A stretch of 63,605 bases of DNA, filler included, from Chrysochromulina tobinii (taxonomy: Eukaryota): assembly GCA_001275005.1 (NCBI GenBank). It is 4 parts of 4 records of this genome, joined end to end, with 100 filler letters (N's around TTAATTAATTAA, not from the genome) between each part and the next. Parts side by side here need not be neighbours in the genome. Positions count along the whole stretch, not along the records: positions 1 to 24,820 come from JWZX01001392.1; 3 more parts are not named here. One strand, 5' to 3'. Shown here piece by piece: positions 1-8,076 of this stretch. Below the pieces are notes generated by a model. That model saw only the letters and a list, made by a program, of their open reading frames with translations, was not told where the DNA came from and searched no databases. Numbering within the stretch: the stretch's first letter is position 1; every line of letters begins with the position of its first letter. The translations under genes and the position numbers were made by a program.

Positions 1-3000
1 GGCCGGGGCGGCGGGGGCGGCGGCGGCGGCGGCGGCGTTGGCGTGGAAAGCTGGATGAGCTATGCGGTGCGCGGCGCGCGTGCACTCCTCGCCGCGATGA
101 ACGCCCTGCATGCAAGTGCTCACGACGGCGCCCTCTCCCCTCTCCCCACAGGTGCGCGCACTCCTCGCGGAGATGGAGCAGCAGGTGAGCCCAGTGCATG
201 CATGTGCTCACCACGGCGCCGCGCGCATGCCCGTGCTCACCACGACGCAACCACCCTCTTCCCCACAGGTGACCCATGCGGAGGAGGACGAGCTGCAGCG
301 GCGCCGGCTGCAGGCGATCTCGGCGTCCGAGACCGAGCGTAACCGTCGGCTCGAGGAGATGCACCAAACGGCCGCCGAGGAAGAGGCGCGCTGATGACCG
401 CTGATGACCTCTGATGAGCGCTGATGGGCCTCTGATGGGCCTCTGATGTCCGCTGATGACCGCTGATGACCGCTGATGACCTCTGATGAGCGCTAATGGG
501 CCTCTGATGGGCCTCTGATGTCCGCTGATGACCGCTGATGACCGCTGATGACCTCTGATGACCGCTAATTGCCTCCCTCATCAGGCGCGCCGAGCGGTTT
601 CGCGCGCCGCGGCGGCCGCAGCAGCCGAGGGTGAGCGGCGGAGGCGGCTCCAGATCCTCGACCCTGATTGCATGCTGATTGCATGCTGATTGCCTCCCTC
701 ATCAGGTGAGCGGCGGAGGCGGCTCCAGATCCTCAAGTTGGAGGAGGAGGAGGAGAGGCGCGTGCGTCAGCGGCACCAGCGGTGGGCGATGTCGCCTCTG
801 CCTTCACACCAGTGCCTTCACACCAGTGCCTTCACACCAGTGCCTTCACACCAGTGCCTTCACACCAGTTGGAGCCTCTGCCTTGCAGTGAGTGCACTCC
901 TCGTGTGAGTGCCTCTGAGTGCATGCGATTGCTTCCCTCATCAGGTGGGCGATCGAGGCGATGGAAGCGGAGCGGGAGCGCCGTATCTCGCTGCAGCTCG
1001 CGTGTGACAAGGCCCTAGTCGAGGAGCGTCAGGCTCGCCAACGCCAGGCAAGCGCGGCGCTTGATGCGGAGCGCGTACGGCGCATCACCGTGCTGCGCGA
1101 GGTCGAAGAGCTCACAGGCTCAGCGAGAGCCGCGCAGGTGCGATCTCCATTGATCTCCCTTGATCTCCCTTGATCTCGCAGGTGAGAGCGAGCTCTCGTT
1201 CCGCCCTGCATGCAAGTGCTCGTGACGCCGCCCTCTCCCCTCTCCCCACAGGTGCGGCGTGCGATCGCCGAGATGGAGCAGGAACGCGAGCGCCGCTTGT
1301 ACCAGACGGCGGTCCGCCAGTACGAGATGGCGGTCGGCGTCGCAAAGCCAGGTGCCATCTCCCTTGAGCTCCCTTGAGCTCCCTTGAGCTCCCTTGATCT
1401 CCCTTGATCTCCCTTGATCTCCCTTGGTCGGCGTCGCAAAGCCAGGTGCCGTCTCGACGCCCCAACGAGCCCGCTGATGACCGCTGATGATGACCTCTGA
1501 TGATGACCTCTGATGACCGCTGATGACCTCTGATGACCTCTGATGACCTCTGATGATGACCTCTGATGACCGCTGATGACCGCTGATGGCCGCTGATGAC
1601 CTCTGATTGCCTCTCTCATCAGGTACCATCTCGACGCCCCCGGCGCTCCAACGAGCCCTGTGGGGAAGTTGCCCGCCTTCCACAGCGAGCCCGGCGCTCC
1701 AACGCGCCCTCTCGCCCGCCTTCCACAGCGTCGTCGCCCAGGACGGCGCCCTCGATGACGAAGCGCGCGTCGTGATGGGCGGGTCCGACGACGACGGTGC
1801 CCCCCCCATCCCGTGCAGCATCGCTCAGGACGGCGCCTTCTCGCGCCAGCTGCAATGGGCGGCGTTTGCGAGCGGCGTGGCGGCGCGCCTGGGCGAGGAG
1901 GAGCAAGCCGAGCGCTCCAGGCGGCGCCGATGGGCGGCGGCGGCGGCGCAGTCCGAGGCGGACCGTTCTCGCATGCTCAGCGCCCTCTCGGTCGACGTTG
2001 AGCGCTGGGCGGCGCGCGAGCATCGGCGGCTGCAGCCGTTGCAGGCACACGTCTGGCGCGCGCTGCAGGGGGTCAAGGCGGCGGCGCAGGAGCTCTGGGC
2101 TGGTGCACGCGTAGAGCTGTTCGGGTCTTGGGCGAGTGGTCTTCACCTCGCCTTCTCAGACGTCGACCTGCTCGTGTGTGGGACGCCGCCTGGCTTGAGT
2201 GCGGTCGCCGCGCTGCGGTCCCTCGCTGACCGGCTTGCGGAGCGTCCGTGGATTGCGTCCATTAAGCTCATCGAGACCGCCAAGGTGCGCTGATGACCGC
2301 TGATGACCGCTGATGACCTCCCTGATGACCGCTGATGACCGCTGATGATCCCCCTGATGACCTCCCTGATGACCGCTGATGACCTCCCTGATGACCGCTG
2401 ATGACCTCTCTGATGACCGCTGATGACCTCCCTGACGACCGATGATGACCTCTGATTGCCTCCTTCATCAGGTGCCCGTCATCAAGGCGACCATGACGAT
2501 CAGCGGCGACGCGCGCGCACTCTGCCCCGACTCCTTTGTGCATCTGGACGTGTCCGTTGAGTCGCATGACCACACGGGCGGCATGACGACCACGTACACG
2601 CGCGACGTCGTGTGCGCGAAGCTCCCTTGCCTCGCTCCCCTCGTGCTCGTCCTCAAGCAACTTCTCTCGTCACGCCGCCTCAACAATGCCGCGAGTGGCG
2701 GGCTGAGCAGTTACGCCCTGGTGCGCATCGCCGCGCCCCTCCGCTGCGCCGCGATGAACGCCCTGCTGGCAAGTGCCCACGACGGCGCCCGTACCCTCGC
2801 TCTCCCCACAGGTGCTCATGGCCGCGGCGCTCCTCGGCGCCGAGGCCTCGACAGCGCCGTCGTGGGCGTCCGCCCAGTCCTGGGGCGGTGTGGGCGCTCT
2901 GCTGCTTCGCTTCCTCGAGTACTTTAGCGGCACGAGCCCGGACGCGCTGCACGCCGTCGTGGTCGACTCGGAGTCACGGCTGCAAGCCAAGCAACTCTCT

Positions 3001-3743
3001 CGGCTCAAGCTGCTCGCGGAGCACCACGCGCCACCCGCGTCCCCGAGCGCCGTGCCGAGCACGTCCCCGGCCGTTCCCGACGACGAGCCGTCGCAAGGGC
3101 GCGCTCACCACGGCGCGTCGCACGGGCGCGGCGGCGGCGCTTCCAACGGGCGTGGCGCTCACCACGGCGCGACGAGCCGCGGCCCTTACGAAGAGGCAGT
3201 GTACGCCGCCGCGAGCCTGCTCGTACAGGAGCCGAGATGAACGCCCTGCATGCCAGCGCTCACGACGGCGCCCGTGTCTTTCTCCCCCCTTCTCCCCACA
3301 GGTACGCGGCGAGCCTGCTCGTACAGGACCCGATGAGTGGGCAGTTTGCCAACGTGTCCGACTCGGCCTTTCGTTGGGGTCACGTCCAAGCCGTCTTTCG
3401 CGACGCTCTGGAGAGGCTGCAGCGCGCGGTCCGCCTCGACCCGCCGAGCAGCACCGCCACGAGCAGCAGCAGCAGCATCAACACCACCAGCAACACCAGC
3501 AGCAGCAGCAACAGCGGCTGCAGCAGCGGCAGCAGCGGCGGCGGCAGCGGCGGCAGCAGCGGCGGCGGCAGCGGCAGCAGCGGCGGCAGCGGCAGCAGCG
3601 GCGGCAGCGGCAGCAGCGGCAGCGGCAGCGGCAGCGGCAGCGGCGGCGGCCAGCAAAGCTCCGAGCGGCTCGAGCTCCTCGCCGCGCTCCTCGATGCGCC
3701 TCCGTCGGCGCTCTGGGGCGAACTCGAGATAACGTCGAGATAA
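1..3743 (+). CDS. TRF4/PAPD5-like non-canonical poly(A) polymerase (nucleotidyltransferase + PAP-associated domain); 5' partial, at least 10 introns
   Basis: Exons <1-66, 152-184, 269-385, 585-630, 706-781, 945-1137, 1252-1351, 1623-2284, 2472-2720, 2812-3200, 3302-3743 splice into one open frame. Motifs: VELFGSWASGLHLAFSDVDLLV (GS/DxD), TAK|VPVIK, LAPLVLVLKQLL, GGLSSYAL|VLM, LLVQDPM..NVSDSAFRW. Confidence 0.85.
67..151 (+). other. Spliceosomal intron, family B cassette
   Basis: GT...CCTCTCCCCACAG. The 5' part resembles the next exon (GTGCGCG..GCACTCCTCGC). Removal joins MSYA|VRALL. Confidence 0.8.
185..268 (+). other. Spliceosomal intron, diverged family B
   Basis: GTGAGC...CTCTTCCCCACAG, containing TGCATGCATGTGCTCACCACGGCGCC. 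It is 84 nt and stop-free, so it is called mainly on motif similarity. Confidence 0.7.
386..584 (+). other. GC-AG intron, family A (CTGATGACC repeats)
   Basis: GAG|GCGCGC-TGATGACC repeats...TTGCCTCCCTCATCAG|GCGCGC. Removal keeps the frame (EEE|ARRA). Confidence 0.8.
631..705 (+). other. Intron, family A, with exact 29-nt copy of the next exon start
   Basis: 631-659 is identical to 706-734, followed by TGATTGCATGC repeats and TGATTGCCTCCCTCATCAG. Confidence 0.85.
782..944 (+). other. Intron, family A acceptor, with 14-mer repeat
   Basis: GTGGGCGAT recurs at 945. About five copies of GCCTTCACACCAGT. Ends GATTGCTTCCCTCATCAG. Confidence 0.85.
1138..1251 (+). other. Compound intron: 1138-1181 (TTGATCTCCC repeats, family C) directly followed by 1182-1251 (family B)
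   Basis: GTGCGATCTC...GATCTCGCAG|GTGAGAG...CCTCTCCCCACAG. Removing both joins RAAQ|VRRAI. Confidence 0.8.
1352..1622 (+). other. Compound intron with an internal copy of the exon-exon junction
   Basis: Family C repeats, then GGTCGGCGTCGCAAAGCCAG|GTGCCGTCTCGACGCCCC, then family A repeats and CTGATTGCCTCTCTCATCAG. Confidence 0.8.
2285..2471 (+). other. Intron, family A
   Basis: AAG|GTGCG-CTGATGACC repeats...CTGATTGCCTCCTTCATCAG|GTGC. It splits the conserved AK|VPVIK motif. Confidence 0.9.
2721..2811 (+). other. Intron, family B
   Basis: The first 30 nt match the next exon at 24/30. It splits SSYAL|VLM. Confidence 0.9.
3201..3301 (+). other. Intron, family B
   Basis: GTACGC..GCGAGCCTGCTCGTACAGGA recurs from 3302, followed by GATGAACGCCCTGCATGC...TCTCCCCACAG. 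Confidence 0.85.
3462..3650 (+). repeat. AGC/GGC trinucleotide low-complexity tract (Ser/Gly linker)
   Basis: (AGC/GGC)n within the last exon. Confidence 0.9.
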
Positions 3744-4458
3744 CGTCGAGATAACGTCGGCGCTCTGGGGCGAGCTCGAGGTAACGTCGAGCGTGGAGCC
3801 AGAGGATGAAAACTATGGCTGATCTTCGCTGCACCTCTAGCGAAATGGTTGGGATGAACGGCTCGGGTGCTCGGGATCTGGTGCTCGGCACCTGATTGCC
3901 CACGCAGCTTTATAACCACCCCAGGCGGAGGCCCTGGCACTGGCCCAGGGACGGTCACTCCACGATGCACGAACGTCCAAGGAAGCTCCCCACCAAGACA
4001 CTCATAGATGTGAAGCAGATTTTTGAGTGGTGCTGTTGTCTTTTTGGTTTTCAAGACACGGAGAGGTTGTGGAGATCGAAGATAGGGGGGTAATTAACGA
4101 TAAAACCCCTGATAAAACGTCGTTGCGACAGAGCGTCATTTCTGTGAAAAAAATCTTTCTCCTCTTCTTGAAAACCAAAAAGGCACCGGTTGCTCTAACT
4201 CTGACCGCTTTAGCTCCTGAGTTTCCGAGATTTGGTTGCAGTTCTTCTCTGTGTCTCGTTTCACTGTTAACAAGAAAGCCCCAAAGTTCTCCTCTGTGTC
4301 TCGTTTCACTTGTAAGAAGAAAGCCCAACGAAGACAGCAGCACACGCGCGGAGGTCTTCGGATTACCCTCGATGCTTTGGGCTGCGAGTATCATTGGTGC
4401 TGCAGGCGACCGGCTTGGCCAAACGCGCCAAAATCCCCCTTGCACCACTGTGTCGCTG

Positions 4459-5064
4459 ATGAACGTCGTGGCACTGCACGGTTCCTTGCGCAACGCCTCG
4501 TGCAATGGTGGACTGCTTCGGTACGCGATGCAGGCAGCCTCGACTGCTGCGCCGAGCTTGAATATCACGCACCTAGACATTTCCAAGTGGCCCCTCTTCA
4601 ACTCAGACCTCATTGATGCCAAGTTGGTGCCAAGCGAGATCCTTGATGGCATTCAACGGGTGCTCGACTGCGACGCGGTGCTCATCGTCACTCCCGAGTA
4701 CAACTTTGCATGCTCACCAGTGACAACCAATGCAGTTGCATGGCTGTCGAAGGCTGCCATTTTGCCTGGTACGAACACGGCGCCTCTCGCCGGCAAGCCA
4801 TGCGGCCTGCTCTCTGCCGGCGGAGGCCAGGGCGGTATGCGCGCGCAGGTGGCGGCCAGGGCAAGCTTCATTCAATTCCTCAAGATGCCGTCGATGGCCG
4901 AGCCCTCTGTTGCGATCAAGATATTTGCAGGAGACCCGAAGCCATTCGACATGGGCACCGGCGAGTTGACCGGCGAGGCTGAGCAGCGCGACGTCGCGAG
5001 TTTCCTCGCATCGTTCCAGGCTTGGTTGAGCGCCTCGCCGCAATTCACGCCGCTCGCTGGCTAG
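4459..5064 (+). CDS. NADPH-dependent FMN reductase (flavodoxin-like, ChrR/Lot6 family)
   Basis: ALHGSLRNASCN, DAVLIVTPEYN, LAGKPCGLLSAGGGQGGMRAQ. ATG at 4459. Confidence 0.9.
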   Translation: MNVVALHGSLRNASCNGGLLRYAMQAASTAAPSLNITHLDISKWPLFNSDLIDAKLVPSEILDGIQRVLDCDAVLIVTPEYNFACSPVTTNAVAWLSKAAILPGTNTAPLAGKPCGLLSAGGGQGGMRAQVAARASFIQFLKMPSMAEPSVAIKIFAGDPKPFDMGTGELTGEAEQRDVASFLASFQAWLSASPQFTPLAG

Positions 5065-5472
5065 CTCAACCACGGCGTGTCTTGGTATCCACAGCGGCAG
5101 ACGACATCTTCACAGCGACAGACGGCGTCTTCAAAGCGACAGATGACGTCTTTCGTTGGGGACACGTCCAAGCAGTCTTTCGCGACGCTCTCTTGGGCAG
5201 GTGAGTCAGCGCAGCAACCGCTTGTCGCCGCTTTTTCGCGCCATCTTGGCCAGTTTGATCGGGTTGGCGGGATGGGAAGCGCAGGCTGTGCGCCGGCACT
5301 CGCGGGCGGCGGTCGTGCCGTGGCTTAGGGCGCCCGCCGTCACAGCTCGATTGCGTGTGCGAGCCCGGGCGTTGGTGGTATCGTCGTTGAGAGTGTTTTG
5401 GCATGAGCTGTGGAGAGTCTGACAGACCCTCGATGTGAGCTTTGGAAGCTCGTCGCCACACGACAACTAGAA

Positions 5473-7870
5473 CTACCGAAGAAGCTTCCACCTTCCTGAA
5501 CGGCCGGGGTGGCGAGGCACGGGCGGCATTTTGGGAAAGCGCCCCATCGCGTAAATTTCCACAACGTTCTCGCACAATTTACGCAGATACAACTTAAATC
5601 CACTCCGGCCCTTGACCGCGTCTTGAAACGCTCGTTTCCCTGCATCTCCCAATATACAGTTCCTCTCCTCCCAAAGGACCAGCTTGGTCAAGACCACGTT
5701 GACCTTCAGCGCCTCCGCGATCGCCTTGGCACCGTCGTTGCCAATGTTGTTGTTTCCGAGGGCGAGGGTGGTCACCACCGCGTTGACCTTCAGCGCCTCC
5801 GCGATTGCCATGGCACCCTCATCCCCGATGCTGTTGCTCCAGAGGTTGAGCGTGGTCAGGACCGCCATGAACTTCAGGTCAGACGCGATCAGGATGGCGT
5901 CGGCGGGTTGGAAGCCCTCGTTGAAGAAGCTGACCTCCGTCTGGTCGCGCTTCATGCCTGAGAGCATGATGCCCTTCTCCGCGCCAATCTTGGCGAGCAT
6001 CATGGCCGGCTGAATGCCGAGATTGTTCTTGAGCAAGTTGCAGTTCTTGAGCACCGCCATGGACTGCAGGTCCGACCCGATCAGGATGGCGTCGGCGGGT
6101 TGGAGGCCCTCCTTGAAGAAGCTGACCTCCCTCTGGTCGCGTTTCATGCCCGAGAGCATGATGCCCCTCTCCCTACCGATCTTGGCGAGCATCGTGGCCG
6201 ACTCAACGTCCAGGCGGTTCTTAAGCAAGTTGCAGTTCTTGAGCACCGCGTTGACCTTCAGCGCCTCCGCGATCGCCTTGGCACCATCGTCACCGATGGA
6301 GTTGGCCCGGAGGTCCACCGAGGTCAACACCACCATGAACTTCAGGTCAGACGCGATCAGGATGGCGTCGGCGGGTTGGAGGTCCTGGCACGAGAGGTCG
6401 GCCTCCTTCTGGTCGGTGAGCATGATGCCCGAAAGCATGATGCCCCTTTCCGCGCCGATCTTGGCGAGCATCATGGCCGGCTGAATGCCGAGATTGTATC
6501 TGTACTTGAGCAACTTGCAGTTCTTGAGCACAGATGTAGCAGGAAGGAGATAGGCGACGAGCATGGCCACATGCACGTGGAGCCCCCTACCGGACAAGTC
6601 GAGCGTCGTGACGCTGTCCTCGCGCATTTGCTGCACCGGAATGCCGCAAATGACTCCTGAGCCCGCACAGGCAATGGCTGCGATCGTCAGCCTCAACGGT
6701 GGCTCTCCCTCGCCTGAGATGCAGCTGTTGAGAACAGCCTTAGCAGTACCACCTAGAATCCCCGTTCTGTCGCCAAGGCTGTTTCGCAGATTCGCAGCCC
6801 GGACGGCGGCCACGTCCACCACATAGCCGTAGCCATGGAGGCGTGCCAGTCCAGGCAGGATTCGCCCCGCTGCGGCCGCGTCCCCGGGCCGGCCGGCCTC
6901 GATGAGCTGCTCGACGTCGAGGTCGGTGATCTCGCCCAGTTGTGTGGGTACTGGCTGCCTGTCGCGGCGGCACAGGCGCGTGCAGAGGACACGTCGCGCC
7001 AGCGCCCGCCAAAATCGAGTCACGCCCTTGAGCTCAACCAATGTGGCCACGTCCACCAGGCCCAGAGCAGCCTCCATGGCGTCCCCCGAGAACGAGGGCT
7101 GCTGCAGCAGTGCGGGCGATGGCGTGGAGCTGGCCGGCTGCTGCGGCGCCTCAAAGTTTTCTGGTGCGAATGCCGGCTCGGCGATTGACGCCGTGTGCTC
7201 ATCCGCGCTGCCAAAGTCACCAACCGCGCCGAGCAGCGCGCAGAGTTCGGGTGTGCACTTGCCGTTGAGCCGGGAGGCGATCGCACGCTGAATGTGCTTG
7301 AGCGCCACCTTGGAGGCGTCGAGATAGAGGGCGTCCTCGATGAGCTGGATTAGCTGCGAGAGCGACTGCTCATCCGAGCTCGGCCACGTGTAGTCTGGGT
7401 CGTTCAGCTTGCACACCATCTGAAACGTCGAGGCCATGATCGTGGGCGTGGGATAGATGCCATCCTCGGATGTGGCGAGGTCCATCAGATCCTTCAAGGT
7501 GCCCATGAGTCGGGCTGCATCGCGCGACAACATGACCTCCTCTCCATCTCGCGCTCGCACACGTAATTGCTCATCGGGTTTGGCCTCCTTCGCCGTGGGC
7601 GCCTCCTCCTGCTCCTCGGCCGACGATGCATCCTTCTGCTTGCCGCCGCTGGCCGCCGCTACGAACTGGTCCTCGGTCCAGATCTCGACGCCCTTGGCCT
7701 TGGCGTCGTCGTCCTCCTCGGTTCCCGCGCCCCAGCCTGCAACGCGGATGCTGGTATTCTCGGTGACGGAAGGGTCAACTTTTGCTCCTGCCGACTCGGC
7801 CGCGTTCGTCGCATCAACGCGTGTCATCGTGAAGGTGCCGGTGAACACGATCGTCTTTCCCGATAGGCTG
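5473..7870 (-). CDS. BRCT + Skp1-like + F-box-like + RI-like LRR (NLRC3-like) protein; start uncertain
   Basis: LSGKTIVFTGTFTMTRVDA..AGAKV (BRCT). ARDGEEVML..ALYLD..IASRLNGKCTPEL..GDF (Skp1). LVDVATLVELKGVTRFWRALA (F-box-like). Repeated NSIGDDGAKAIAEALKVNAVL (LRR). Confidence 0.75.
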
Positions 7871-8076
7871 AAGGCGGCGTGCGTGCGTGCGCAGCTTTGG
7901 CCTTTGCGAGCGGGCGGCGCGAAAGCGAGCGCGAGCGGAGAAGACGCAAGAAACCGTGAACGAAGTGTGAACAGGCGGGACCTACGCGCCCGAACACTAG
8001 TCACCTCACTCGAGGCACTTTCAGACCACTCCACTCCGCCGTGCCTCAGGCCGTCGCAGCTAGGAAGCTGTCGAGT

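Noticed and set aside
1638..1730. Short exonic tandem duplication (PALQRAL twice) as a hidden intron
   Set aside because: The frame stays open and the candidate GT..CACAG span is too short. It is treated as a coding duplication.
391..2460. CTGATGACC arrays as CRISPR or telomeric repeats
   Set aside because: They have no unique spacers and no cas genes nearby, and they sit between splice sites inside a eukaryotic gene.
237..2660. Minus-strand ORFs rich in GHQRSS/AVIS/SREIKG
   Set aside because: These are antisense translations of the intronic repeats, not proteins.
1623..3743. The nucleotidyltransferase as the enzyme that makes the repeat introns
   Set aside because: It looks like an ordinary TRF4-type enzyme, the same introns occur in unrelated genes, and nothing in the sequence links it mechanistically.
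3900..4340. AT-richer spacer with duplicated CTCTGTGTCTCGTTTCACT as a transposon
   Set aside because: I could not define termini or a target duplication, so the support is insufficient.
4027..4458. N-terminal extension of the FMN reductase ORF
   Set aside because: It has a non-ATG start and non-coding-like composition, and the domain begins at ATG 4459.
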